A stretch of DNA of 64,000 bases from Bdellovibrio sp. (GTDB lineage: Bacteria > Bdellovibrionota > Bdellovibrionia > Bdellovibrionales > Bdellovibrionaceae): assembly GCA_046318155.1 (NCBI GenBank), contig JBKCUU010000058.1, forward strand, positions 1 to 64,000, read 5' to 3'. How positions within the stretch are numbered: the first letter of the stretch is position 1; the number at the start of each line of letters is the position of its first letter. The notes beneath the pieces were generated by a model that worked only from the letters and a program-made list of their open reading frames with translations, was not told where the DNA came from and did no database searches. Below, piece after piece: positions 1 to 9,784 of this stretch. A program made the translations under genes and the position numbers.

Positions 1-222
1 CGATCCCGCAAAACCAAACTGATCATACATGTCGCGGCGTTTTTGATCCGAAAGAACTTCGTAAGCTTCGCTGAGCTCTTTGAACTTTTCTTCGGCCTTT
101 TTATCACCTGGATTTTTATCGGGGTGAAACTTCATGGCAAGCTTGCGATAAGCTTTTTTGATTTCGTCCGCCGGAGCAGCTCTGGTGACTCCTAAAACCG
201 AATAGTAATCTTTTTTCGGCAC
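1..222 (-). CDS. dnaJ: DnaJ-family chaperone, N-terminal J domain (runs off the window start)
   Basis: Own translation from GTG at 222: [73 protein letters not shown] motif present; GAGGAG SD at 231-236; lies directly downstream of grpE. Could be a class II paralog. Confidence 0.85.
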   Translation of the reverse strand, partial: MPKKDYYSVLGVTRAAPADEIKKAYRKLAMKFHPDKNPGDKKAEEKFKELSEAYEVLSDQKRRDMYDQFGFAGS

Positions 223-236
223 GGCTCAGACTCCTC

Positions 237-764
237 TTAGTTTTCTGTTGGTTTCTTGGCGACAACAACCTGGCCAGGGCGAATCAACTTATCGTGCAGA
301 CGATAAGGCTTCTTAAAGACACGCGACACTTGCCCGGGTTGATAGTGAGCCGTTTCCTCAGAGCTTAAAGCTTCGTGAAGGGCAGGGTCAAAGTTTTGAC
401 CCAAAGCTGGAACTTCGGTCACGCCAAACTTCGTCAGCGCCGTGCGCAGTTCGTTTGCTGTCAGTTCAACACCCTTCACGTACTGCGGAAGATTTTCTGG
501 CGTCGCTTTGGTTTCAAGTGCACGTTCAAAGTTATCAAGGACACCTAGGACATCGATCAAAACGCGCTCGGCGCCGTATTTTAAAAGATCTGCTCGCTCT
601 TTAATCGCATGCCTTTTGTAGTTGTCAAACTCAGCGCGCAAATACAGATAGTCATTTTTAAATTTCTCGGCCTGGGCCAAGGCATCGTTTACAGAAGAAG
701 TGGCTGACTCGGGCGCGCCATTCGATTCAGAATTTGGATTGTCAGGCTTTTGGTTTTCGCTCAC
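237..764 (-). CDS. grpE: Nucleotide exchange factor GrpE
   Basis: YLRAEFDNYKR, LDNFERAL, FDPALHEA, KLIRPGQVVV motifs. Start moved to GTG 764, behind SD GAAGGAG (771-777). Confidence 0.96.
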   Translation of the reverse strand: MSENQKPDNPNSESNGAPESATSSVNDALAQAEKFKNDYLYLRAEFDNYKRHAIKERADLLKYGAERVLIDVLGVLDNFERALETKATPENLPQYVKGVELTANELRTALTKFGVTEVPALGQNFDPALHEALSSEETAHYQPGQVSRVFKKPYRLHDKLIRPGQVVVAKKPTEN

Positions 765-857
765 AAAAAACTCCTTCAACGGCTGATCTCAAGACGCTCC
801 ACAATACCTAGGGAAGTTGTGCCTGGACAAGCAAAAGTCAAGGTGAGGGCGGGTGGA

Positions 858-2051
858 TTAGAACTGCTCAGCCCTATCCCACTCGGGCTTTAAAAATGTG
901 AGGGCCGAAAAGGCCTGATTGCTCACGAGAACCCCCTCCTCGGTGAGGGTAAAGCAACCCGGCAGGGGGACCTGAACCCATCCGCGTTGCACCAAATCCG
1001 CTAGCGGGCCCGTGACAAGGCGCAATCCGGCGGGTCCAAACTTGTGCTGCAACTGTTCAAGGACAAGGCCGCGTCTGCGACGGAGTGAGGTATGACAAAA
1101 GTCCGTAAGCGCTTGATGCGCGTCGAGCTGCTCAAAGTTTTCTGGGTTTAAATTGCCCTGCGGTGTGTTCACCGGTTCCGAGCGGGATTCGATGAGTTTT
1201 TGATGGGCCCCAATCGAGCTGGGGTTCCAAAATCGAAGCCCATAAGGCCCCATATTGGGCATGTAGGAGTGCGCACTTAGGCCAAGTCCCCAATAAGCCT
1301 CATCATCCCAATAAAGCGAATTGTGACGCGACTCGAACCCAGGCAAGGAGAAGTTCGAAATTTCGTAGCGATGATAACCGCTTTCGACAAGCGTCTTGCG
1401 GATCATTTCAAACATCTCAAGCTGCGTCTCTTCTAGGGGGCGCCCCCTCGATAAGACATGACCTTCAGGTACTGTGAGGCAATAGGGGCTAACATGAGCG
1501 GGCTTGAGGCGAACCACCTCGTCCAAATCTTGGCGCAAAATCTCGAGCGTTTGGCCCGGAAGCGCGAACAACAAATCAAAACTAAAGTTCACTTTCCACT
1601 CAGAAAGCAAATCCAGCGTTTCGCGAGTCTGTTTGGCATTGTGCTCGCGGTGAACCGACTTCAGAAGCGGGTCGTTAAAGGTTTGAGCGCCGACGCTGAA
1701 GCGATTGATCCCCATTTGAAGGTAGTGATCAAGTTTGCGAGTATCAATCGTCGCAGGATTAATTTCGATGGTAACCTCTGTTGCAGGACCTACAGAGAAG
1801 CCATTGTTTGCAAGTTCTTGAATCACGGCTAAAATCTGTTCTGAAGGCAGTAAGCTCGGGGTCCCGCCACCAAAATACAAAGTGGTCAGCTCTTGCTTGG
1901 GAAAAGCCAAATGTTTTTGGCGAATTTCTTCTTTCAAAAGTTGAACGTACTGCTCAGACGGCAAGATCTGACTGCGCTCATAAGTCGCGAAGTCACAATA
2001 GGTGCAGCGCTGAAGGCAATAAGGGATATGGACGTAGATGCCAAATTTCAT
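858..2051 (-). CDS. hemW: Radical SAM heme chaperone HemW (HemN-like)
   Basis: YVHIPYCLQRCTYCDF (CxxxCxxC), YFGGGTPS, YEISNF, SRHNSLYW. Confidence 0.92.
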   Translation of the reverse strand: MKFGIYVHIPYCLQRCTYCDFATYERSQILPSEQYVQLLKEEIRQKHLAFPKQELTTLYFGGGTPSLLPSEQILAVIQELANNGFSVGPATEVTIEINPATIDTRKLDHYLQMGINRFSVGAQTFNDPLLKSVHREHNAKQTRETLDLLSEWKVNFSFDLLFALPGQTLEILRQDLDEVVRLKPAHVSPYCLTVPEGHVLSRGRPLEETQLEMFEMIRKTLVESGYHRYEISNFSLPGFESRHNSLYWDDEAYWGLGLSAHSYMPNMGPYGLRFWNPSSIGAHQKLIESRSEPVNTPQGNLNPENFEQLDAHQALTDFCHTSLRRRRGLVLEQLQHKFGPAGLRLVTGPLADLVQRGWVQVPLPGCFTLTEEGVLVSNQAFSALTFLKPEWDRAEQF

Positions 2052-2073
2052 AGATAGAGGAGCAACCTAAGAA

Positions 2074-4671
2074 ATGATCAAAAAAATACAACTGAAAAAT
2101 GGTCTCGAAGTCATTCTGGTCCCCAGCTCGAAGTCACCCGTCGTGTCAGTTCAAATGTGGGTGAGAACAGGCTCGGCGGATGAGGGTCGCGGCGTCGAAG
2201 GAATTTCGCACTTTATCGAACACCTGGTATTCAAGGGCACCGAGAAGTACAAAGTCGGCGAAATTGCCTCCTTGGTCGAAGGCTCAGGCGGCGAGCTCAA
2301 TGCCTATACGTCCTTTGATCAAACGGTTTTTTACGTCACCATTTCGAAAGCCTATTTTGAAACCGGGCTCGATGTGATCGCGCAGATGATGGGCTTTCCG
2401 ACGTTTGACAAACAAGAGATCGACAACGAGCGCGAAGTCGTCATCGAAGAAATTAAACGAGGAAACGATTCCTTAAGTCGCCAAGCAAGTCAGCTTTTGT
2501 TTAAGACTGCTTTTAAAAAGTCGGCCTACCGCGTTCCGGTCATCGGCTATGACAAAAACATCATGAAGCTCTCGCCTAAAAAAATCCAAGACTACTACCG
2601 TTCGCGCTACACCCCGCCGAACATGTTTCTCGTCGTGACCGGAGATTTTGAACTCAAGTCCGGAAAGAAAAAAATTGAAGAGGTTTTCTCAAAGCTCGTC
2701 AAGACGCCGCTTAAGAAAGTAAAACGAACAAAAGAACCCAAGCAGACGACGCCCCGACTGGCAGTCCAGGCCACCAACTTTCAGCAGTCCATTGGTTACT
2801 GCGCGTGGAAAATCCCCGGAGCGGGACACAAAGACATTCCTGCGCTTGATGTGTTGGCTTTGATTTTGGGTCAAGGGGACTCCTCTCGCCTGGTGAAGCG
2901 CCTTCGCATCGAAGAGCCTTTGGTGAGCTCAATCGGAACAGGAAACTACCTTCCTCAAGAGGGCGGCCTTTTCATGCTTTCGTTTGGTTTTGAAAAAGAG
3001 AAGTTTGCAAGTATTCACCCCGTGATCCAATCCGAGGTCGAGCGTTTCAAGACTGAGGGACCGACCCTTGAAGAATTAAAAAAAGCGATCGTCAATCTCG
3101 AGAGCGGTGAGTACTACTCGATGGAAACGGTTGATGGACTTGCCCGGCGTTATGGATCAGTTGAATTTCAATTTCGCGACTTCAAAGCTTTTGATCGATA
3201 CTTCAAAGCTCTTCGCACACTCACGCCGCAGAGGATTCAGCAGGCGGCGATCAAGTACCTTAAAGCCGAAACCGCGACGATATCGCTGACATCACAGGGT
3301 GATATCAAGGGGCTGAAGGCTGAATGCAAGACATGGATCGGCACAATGAAAAAGGCCAAGCTTAAAGTCAAAAAAGCCGGAGACAAGAGGCCCAAGTTTG
3401 CGCTTGCGAAAGCCTCCAAGGCGTCAAAAAACGAAGGCGAAATCCAGGTCATCCCACTTTCAAACGGCGGCCGACTCCTGGTTCGTCCTTCGAAAGGGAC
3501 CGAAGTCATTTCGGCCAAAGCGGCCTTTATGGGCGGATTGCGTTATGAAAAGATGTCTTTTGAGGGCCTTTCTGAGCTTTTCTCGCGAACGTGGGTCAGT
3601 GGAACAAAAACTCGCAATGAAGCGCAGCTTTTTGAAGAAATTGATCAAATTGCCTGTGGGCTTTCTCCGGTTGTTGGGAGAAATACAGCGGGACTCAGTT
3701 TAGACGTCTTGAAGTCTTTTGAATATCAAGGCTGCGATCTGTTTTTGGACTCGCTTTTTCAGTCGACGTTTCCGGCCCAGGTGATTGAGCGCGAAAAGAG
3801 GCTTCAGATCCAACAAATCAAGCACAAGAAAGATAATCCCTCGGGCATCATGTTTAACTTGTTTCTCAAAGAAATGTTTGCAGGGCACCCCTATTCAAAG
3901 GATGCCCTCGGTACAGAACAAAGCTTAGCGCAAATTTCAGCCGCCGATATTCGTCAGTTTTGGCATGAGACTTATGATCCTTCAAAGCTTCATTTCGTGG
4001 TGGCGGGCAACGTTGATCCCGAATTCTGGAAAAAGAAAATCGAGCAGCATATGAAGGTAAGCGAGAGTGGCACCGTTATCGCGCCAAAGCTCAGCCTGAA
4101 AAAACTCGAGGGTTCAAAGCAAGTCTTTGAGCGCTCGGAGAAAGAGCAGGCTCACGTTCTGATGGGTTACCGCAGCTTTGATCTTCGCGATAATCGCCGT
4201 CACACACTACAAATTATTCAATCCATTCTCGCTGGGCAGGGCGGCCGCCTGTTTTTAGAGCTTCGAGATAAAGAATCTCTCGCGTACTCGGTCTCGCCCA
4301 CCCGCCTTGAGGGTCTTGAGGGCGGGTACTTCGGAGCCTACATTGGCTGCTCACCTGAAAAAACCAAGAAAGCTTTGTCGATGATGAAAATAGAATTTGA
4401 AAAGCTGGTGAGTGAGCCCGTGCCTCAAGAAGAGCTTGATCGTGCGAAACGGTACATAATCGGTCGGCACGATATCGACTTACAAAGAACATCCTCGATT
4501 GCAAGTTCGATTCTCTACGAGGACCTCTATGGCTTAGACTATACAGAAATCTTTCATTACAAAGACTTTGTTTCCGAGATTTCGGCAGAAGATGTTCGCC
4601 GAGTGGCGGCAGAAATCTTTTCGGGACCGACCATTACGGCCATCGTCGGGCCCGAAACGAGCCTAACTTAG
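2074..4671 (+). CDS. M16 family zinc peptidase (two fused halves)
   Basis: HFIEH (HxxEH) and NAYTSFDQT in the N-half; second M16 half lacks the Zn motif; GAGGAG SD. Confidence 0.92.
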   Translation: MIKKIQLKNGLEVILVPSSKSPVVSVQMWVRTGSADEGRGVEGISHFIEHLVFKGTEKYKVGEIASLVEGSGGELNAYTSFDQTVFYVTISKAYFETGLDVIAQMMGFPTFDKQEIDNEREVVIEEIKRGNDSLSRQASQLLFKTAFKKSAYRVPVIGYDKNIMKLSPKKIQDYYRSRYTPPNMFLVVTGDFELKSGKKKIEEVFSKLVKTPLKKVKRTKEPKQTTPRLAVQATNFQQSIGYCAWKIPGAGHKDIPALDVLALILGQGDSSRLVKRLRIEEPLVSSIGTGNYLPQEGGLFMLSFGFEKEKFASIHPVIQSEVERFKTEGPTLEELKKAIVNLESGEYYSMETVDGLARRYGSVEFQFRDFKAFDRYFKALRTLTPQRIQQAAIKYLKAETATISLTSQGDIKGLKAECKTWIGTMKKAKLKVKKAGDKRPKFALAKASKASKNEGEIQVIPLSNGGRLLVRPSKGTEVISAKAAFMGGLRYEKMSFEGLSELFSRTWVSGTKTRNEAQLFEEIDQIACGLSPVVGRNTAGLSLDVLKSFEYQGCDLFLDSLFQSTFPAQVIEREKRLQIQQIKHKKDNPSGIMFNLFLKEMFAGHPYSKDALGTEQSLAQISAADIRQFWHETYDPSKLHFVVAGNVDPEFWKKKIEQHMKVSESGTVIAPKLSLKKLEGSKQVFERSEKEQAHVLMGYRSFDLRDNRRHTLQIIQSILAGQGGRLFLELRDKESLAYSVSPTRLEGLEGGYFGAYIGCSPEKTKKALSMMKIEFEKLVSEPVPQEELDRAKRYIIGRHDIDLQRTSSIASSILYEDLYGLDYTEIFHYKDFVSEISAEDVRRVAAEIFSGPTITAIVGPETSLT

Positions 4672-5459
4672 CGACGGCCCGCTCCCTTTGCCGGTAGAGG
4701 TCTGATCATCGGAGCCGAGGCCGTTGATTGCGATCTTGCCCGATATTTATCCAGATTCGTCATGACTTGAGTCATCGAACTGTTAACTCCAGTAAATGTG
4801 AGTTCACGGCAATGCTGTCCACTAAAGCCGTCCATGCGCTGGGCGGCTTCTAGGTCTGGGCGTCCTGCTTTGGTCGGCTCATTCAGATAGTTGTTCGCCT
4901 GATAAACTTGGGCACGCAGACGATCGTGAATTCGTGACTGAATTGCTCGGACGTGCAACAAGGCGCCCTGACCTGTTTGCTTTTCGCCCTCGATGGTTTG
5001 GAAGTCATCGCACTTTGCGGGTGGGCTCTTGTCAAATTGGTTGACTCGATCACTCACCCACATGTCGGGCGAGTAATTGACGCAAAAGACTTTATTCCCA
5101 TCGCGCGCGGGAATCATCAGTTTAAATTTGTTGATCGAATCATAGAAAGAAGTCTCGGGTTGTCCCGTCTTTGGGTTGATCGTTAGGGGTGTTGGAGCCG
5201 TGATCGAAAAAACATCTTGGCCATCAGTCATCGAAAGAATGAGTGCGCTCTTTTTGGAGTTGGGCATCATTCCTGTGCTACCCACGAAAGTCATCCCTTG
5301 CCGCTCAAAGACCTCGTAGAAGGGATCAGAAGTGGGGGCGTACGATTTGTGGCAAGCCATTGTTTTTTTGAGTTCCGACTCAAAATCGGCTTCTTCTTGT
5401 GACCACGCTTGACTGACAGAAAAAACGAGCGAAGAGAACAAGATTAAAAATTTAATCAT
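4668..5459 (-). CDS. Hypothetical secreted protein
   Basis: 263-aa ORF with Sec signal-like N-terminus (MIKFLILFSSLVFSVSQAWS); 4-nt overlap with the upstream ORF. Confidence 0.7.
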   Translation of the reverse strand: MIKFLILFSSLVFSVSQAWSQEEADFESELKKTMACHKSYAPTSDPFYEVFERQGMTFVGSTGMMPNSKKSALILSMTDGQDVFSITAPTPLTINPKTGQPETSFYDSINKFKLMIPARDGNKVFCVNYSPDMWVSDRVNQFDKSPPAKCDDFQTIEGEKQTGQGALLHVRAIQSRIHDRLRAQVYQANNYLNEPTKAGRPDLEAAQRMDGFSGQHCRELTFTGVNSSMTQVMTNLDKYRARSQSTASAPMIRPLPAKGAGRR

Positions 5460-5824
5460 GGGGAAACCCCCTTATTTCGGCAAATCATTGAATCAACAAT
5501 GCGGCCCTTAAGTTTGGCGCGGATGTCTTTCAGAGTACAATTTTTAATCTTGTCCTTCCAAAAATCCAAGTCACCGGTGTGGTGCTGGCGGTATTGGCCC
5601 TCGTACATTTTTATGCAACTCTGAGACACCGCCGTCGCGACGGCTTCGCATTCTTCTTGAGTCCATATAAAGCACTGCTTTAAAATTTTAGTTTCTTGGC
5701 AACCTTGGTAGGGGAGCCAATCAGGCATTAAGCGCAGCTCCTCACGCTCACTCTCAGCAAGAGCAGAGGCTGTCATTGGAGCAATAAGAAAAAGAAATAC
5801 AAAAAATAAGCGTCGCACTCGCAC
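5456..5824 (-). CDS. Small hypothetical secreted Cys-rich protein
   Basis: Signal peptide ending ASALA; six Cys in the mature part; G-rich SD before the GTG. Confidence 0.7.
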   Translation of the reverse strand: MRVRRLFFVFLFLIAPMTASALAESEREELRLMPDWLPYQGCQETKILKQCFIWTQEECEAVATAVSQSCIKMYEGQYRQHHTGDLDFWKDKIKNCTLKDIRAKLKGRIVDSMICRNKGVSP

Positions 5825-5842
5825 AGCACCCCCCGAAGGCTT

Positions 5843-5870
5843 CTTTCGGCTGTTTCGAAAAGGAACATGA
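5843..5870 (-). promoter_or_regulatory. Candidate sigma28 (FliA)-type promoter
   Basis: Minus strand TCATG-N15-GCCGAAAG, upstream of the secreted pair. Confidence 0.45.
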
Positions 5871-5983
5871 GATAGGGGCCGTAGACCTAGGACGAGAAAG
5901 TCGCCCGAGAAAGAGCGAAGTTTCCCATTTTTAGACGCTTTTTAATATGATAAAGAGATGAATGAGCCGATAAGGATTGTAGC

Positions 5984-6592
5984 ATGAGTGTACAACTCTT
6001 CGTAACTCCAAGGCAGCATTTTGAAGAGCTGGTCGACGCCGGCCTCGTGAAACTTCAAATCAAGACCGTTCCGGCCGTGCAGTCCTATCTCGTCCATCTT
6101 CTCGAGTTTTATCTGGACACTAAAAATCTATTCCCTCAAGAAAGCGCAGACTCAGGTCAACGAACAGCCCCCACAATGGCAGAGATGTGGCTCAAAGCGG
6201 GTTCGCTTGAAGGCTCGCAGCGTTTTGAGCTTCTCAAGCAAATCGGTGATCGATCCCTTTATGTGAGTGGATTTTTCTCGGATTCTCTGCAACGCAAGGT
6301 GATAGACGTGGATTATTATGCCGATATGGGCGGAGCTGCCTACGCAAGCCTGGCAGAAAGTGCCCGCGAAGACACGACGGCTCAGGTTTACCGGGTGTTT
6401 TCAAGACGCTTCATTGAGTTTGTTGACGTTTTGTCGTTCATCAGTCGCAAGTCAATGGTTCAAACGGACGAAAACCTCCTGCGTCTCTATGAGCGTTACC
6501 TTCAGACGGGCTCAGAGATCGCTCGAGAGCGCTTGAGCGAGCTTGGTGTCGTGACCTTACCATTCGAGCAGACCAAGAAGTCTCGTCAGTAG
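5984..6592 (+). CDS. Conserved-looking hypothetical helical protein
   Basis: 202-aa ORF with LKQIGDRSLYVSGFFSDSL..K.IDVDYY..MGG.AY, a pattern I recall from deltaproteobacterial hypotheticals; function unknown. Confidence 0.8.
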   Translation: MSVQLFVTPRQHFEELVDAGLVKLQIKTVPAVQSYLVHLLEFYLDTKNLFPQESADSGQRTAPTMAEMWLKAGSLEGSQRFELLKQIGDRSLYVSGFFSDSLQRKVIDVDYYADMGGAAYASLAESAREDTTAQVYRVFSRRFIEFVDVLSFISRKSMVQTDENLLRLYERYLQTGSEIARERLSELGVVTLPFEQTKKSRQ

Positions 6593-6650
6593 CACAAAAC
6601 CTAGCACAATGAGCTTGACCCCTAAAGGCCTCGTCTGAGAAATTTTAGCC

Positions 6651-6920
6651 ATGTTTGGCTTAGGTTTTTCTGAAATTTTAGTCTTGGGCATTATTGCGCT
6701 GATTGTGATCGGACCAGAAGACTTACCCAAGGTCGCCCGAAAAATTGGTCGCTTTATGAATGAGCTCAAGCGCGGTGGCGAATCATTTAAAAAAGAATTC
6801 GAGCAATCGACTATTTCGATGCAAGACCATTTGCGAATCGATCCTTTTGTAAAGCCCACTGTCGGGACAGAAAAAAAGATTGAAGCCGCCGACGAGACTC
6901 CTGAGGTCAAACGTGAGTAA
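6651..6920 (+). CDS. tatB: Tat translocase subunit TatB (TatA/B family)
   Basis: [26 protein letters not shown] (GP hinge typical of TatB); immediately upstream of tatC. Confidence 0.85.
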   Translation: MFGLGFSEILVLGIIALIVIGPEDLPKVARKIGRFMNELKRGGESFKKEFEQSTISMQDHLRIDPFVKPTVGTEKKIEAADETPEVKRE

Positions 6921-7680
6921 GACAGCGGGACCCATGAGTCAGTCGTTGATCGATCATTTGGGTGAGCTGCGCTTTCGATTAATCAGATCTGCTTGGGGCA
7001 TGCTTTTGGGTATTATTATTTGCTATAATTTTACGTACCAAGTTTTTGATTGGATGCGCGCGCCGATCGCGCCGTACTTGCCAACGGGCGGACTCGTCTT
7101 CACGGGCCCAATGGACAAGTTTCTCGCGCACTTAAAAATTGCTTTTTTTGGCGGTGTGGTTCTTTCAACTCCGTGGTGGATGTACCAGATCTGGAAATTT
7201 GTTTCTCCTGGTCTGTATAACAAAGAGCGAAAGCTCGCGATTAGCTTTATTGCCTCGGGAACGACTTTGTTTTTGACCGGCATCGCCTTTACCTATTTTG
7301 TTGTTTTACCAATGGCGTTTCATTTTTTGATGACCTACGGCGGAGACGTCGATAAACCGATGATCACCATTGATCAGTACATGGGATTTGTCACAATCAC
7401 GGCGCTGATGTTCGGACTCTCCTTTGAGCTCCCGCTCGTCATCGTGACGCTTTCATTGCTGGGAATTTTTGATCAAGCTTTTCTTCGCCGAAACCGCAAG
7501 TACGCGGTTATGACAATTGCAATTATCTGCGCCATCATCACGCCTCCTGACTTGCTGAGCATGCTTTTGATGCTGGCTCCGATGTGGTTCTTGCTCGAAG
7601 TATCGATTGTTATCGTTGGCTTTCTTGAGCGCAAAAAAGCCCGTGAAGCAGCCCTTCCTCAAGAACCTTCGATCAGCTAA
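6913..7680 (+). CDS. tatC: Tat translocase subunit TatC
   Basis: [35 protein letters not shown]. Start uncertain (GTG 6913 or ATG 6934). Confidence 0.95.
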   Translation: MSKTAGPMSQSLIDHLGELRFRLIRSAWGMLLGIIICYNFTYQVFDWMRAPIAPYLPTGGLVFTGPMDKFLAHLKIAFFGGVVLSTPWWMYQIWKFVSPGLYNKERKLAISFIASGTTLFLTGIAFTYFVVLPMAFHFLMTYGGDVDKPMITIDQYMGFVTITALMFGLSFELPLVIVTLSLLGIFDQAFLRRNRKYAVMTIAIICAIITPPDLLSMLLMLAPMWFLLEVSIVIVGFLERKKAREAALPQEPSIS

Positions 7681-7733
7681 GGGCACAAAACTCACGGCCA
7701 GAGCGCCCCGGGATCGCTGCTGAGGTCCGCTCA

Positions 7734-8267
7734 TCATACTTCAGGATCATCAAATCTAATCAGGATCTGACCAGACTCAACCGAGTCACCTTGTTTAACG
7801 CAAATTTCTTTGATTTTGACGTCGTTCGCTGCGCGCATCTCGTTCTCCATTTTCATGGCTTCCATGATGAGCAAAGGCTTGTTGGCTTTGACCGTTTCGC
7901 CGACCTTAGCAAAGATCTCAATGATCTTTCCGGGCATCCCGGCTTTCAATTCTTTGTCGCCATCCAATCCGCCGCCGCGCTTTAATGACTCATGTAAAAG
8001 CATTTCATCATTAAAGATTTTGACAGTTTGAAAGGAATTTCGAGTAAACACGGTGTATTCAGTGTCCTGCCCGACGACGTCGATCATATACGAAATGCTT
8101 TTAAACAAAAAACTGTAGTAAGACTCAGTCTTTTGATAGTCCTTTTTCGAAACGTCGTAATGCATCCATGCATCTGATTCCTTTTGAATCGAGATCTTCC
8201 AGCTGTTGCGGTTTTCGACAACGTCGACTTTAAATTTTGCGCCTTTAAGTTCAGCTTCAAAGTACAT
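7734..8267 (-). CDS. Biotin carboxyl carrier subunit of an acyl-CoA carboxylase
   Basis: AGMPGKI...MEAMKMENE biotinyl motif; about 100-aa beta-rich N-terminal domain. Confidence 0.92.
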   Translation of the reverse strand: MYFEAELKGAKFKVDVVENRNSWKISIQKESDAWMHYDVSKKDYQKTESYYSFLFKSISYMIDVVGQDTEYTVFTRNSFQTVKIFNDEMLLHESLKRGGGLDGDKELKAGMPGKIIEIFAKVGETVKANKPLLIMEAMKMENEMRAANDVKIKEICVKQGDSVESGQILIRFDDPEV

Positions 8268-8268
8268 A

Positions 8269-9774
8269 TTATTGCATCCTCAATTGCAGGCGTCGCCCGG
8301 CTTTTTTCCAGTTCGAAAAAATGTTGAGCTGGCGAACGTCCTTGGATTTTCGATCGTTATAGGCCGTGATGGCTGCAGCGATCAGAAAAACAGTGTCGTC
8401 GACTTCTTTAAAGAGCTCGGGCTCAAGCACTTCAAAGTTCTTTTCTAAGAACTGCGTCGTGTAGCTACCATCGATAAACTTAGGATGTTTAAGAATCGAG
8501 CGGTGAAGCACGATATTGGACTTAATCCCCGACAAAACAAACTCGGTCAGCGCCCGCTGCATCCGATCAATGGCTTCGATTCTGGTCTCACCCCAGGTGA
8601 TCACTTTGGCAATCATGGGATCGTAATAGATCGGAACTTCGTAACCGGGGTAGGCATACGAATCGACGCGAACAAACGGGCCCTGTGGGTGACGGCAGGC
8701 GCGGATCAACCCAGGCGAGGGTTTATAAGTCACGGGATCCTCAGCACAGACCCGCACTTCAATCGCGTGTCCCTTTTGCTTAACATCTTGCTGCTTAAAG
8801 GTCAGTGGTTGACCAAGAGCCACGTTAATTTGCTCTTTGACCAAGTCGACCCCGCAAACGATCTCCGTGATCGGATGCTCAACCTGTAAGCGGGTGTTCA
8901 TTTCCATAAAGTAAAACTCTTTGGTCGAGTTATCAAAAATGAATTCGATCGTGCCGGCACCGATGTAGTTAATCTGTTTACCGGCGCGAACTGCGGCATC
9001 GCCCATTTTCATTCGGACCTCTTGAGGAACCGAGGGGCTGGGTGACTCTTCGATTAACTTCTGATGTCGACGCTGAACCGAGCACTCGCGTTCAAACAAG
9101 TGAACAACGTTGCCGTGCGTATCGCCAAACACTTGAATCTCAATGTGTTTTGGATCACTGACGAATTTTTCGATATAGACAGTTTTGTCCGCAAAATAGT
9201 TAAGTCCTTCGGATTGGCAGGCACGAAAAGCACTTTCGAGCTCACTCTCGGCGCGAACGACGCGCATGCCTTTGCCTCCACCACCAGCCGAAGCTTTAAT
9301 GATGACGGGATAGCCAATTTTTCTAACAACGGCCTGGCAATCCTCGAGGGTCTCAACAGAACCATCCGAACCAGGAACGGTCGGGACGCCTGCTTTTTTC
9401 ATCAACGCTTTGGCAGATAACTTATCACCCATCGCGTCGATGTTTTCGGGTGTGGGTCCAATAAACGTGATGCCAGCCTCTTTAAGTGCGCGAGCAAAAT
9501 TCACGTTTTCTGACAAGAATCCATACCCGGGGTGCACGGCATCGACACCAGCCTGTTTGCAGACCTCTAGAATCTTGGGAACATTGAGGTAAGATTCTTT
9601 ACTGGGCGCGGGGCCAATGTTGTAAGCCTCGTCAGCTAAAAAAACATGCAGAGACTCGCGGTCGGCTTCCGAAAACACTGCGACCGTTTTAATCCCCAGC
9701 TCACGGCAAGCGCGGGTCACCCGGATGGCGATCTCCCCGCGATTGGCAATGAGAACTTTCTTGAACATTTTCAT
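8269..9774 (-). CDS. accC: Biotin carboxylase subunit (AccC/PccA type)
   Basis: KVLIANRGEIA, HPGYGFLSEN, ERECSVQRRHQK, EMNTRLQVEH. Start set to ATG 9774. Confidence 0.93.
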   Translation of the reverse strand: MKMFKKVLIANRGEIAIRVTRACRELGIKTVAVFSEADRESLHVFLADEAYNIGPAPSKESYLNVPKILEVCKQAGVDAVHPGYGFLSENVNFARALKEAGITFIGPTPENIDAMGDKLSAKALMKKAGVPTVPGSDGSVETLEDCQAVVRKIGYPVIIKASAGGGGKGMRVVRAESELESAFRACQSEGLNYFADKTVYIEKFVSDPKHIEIQVFGDTHGNVVHLFERECSVQRRHQKLIEESPSPSVPQEVRMKMGDAAVRAGKQINYIGAGTIEFIFDNSTKEFYFMEMNTRLQVEHPITEIVCGVDLVKEQINVALGQPLTFKQQDVKQKGHAIEVRVCAEDPVTYKPSPGLIRACRHPQGPFVRVDSYAYPGYEVPIYYDPMIAKVITWGETRIEAIDRMQRALTEFVLSGIKSNIVLHRSILKHPKFIDGSYTTQFLEKNFEVLEPELFKEVDDTVFLIAAAITAYNDRKSKDVRQLNIFSNWKKAGRRLQLRMQ

Positions 9775-9784
9775 TGAGCTCTCC

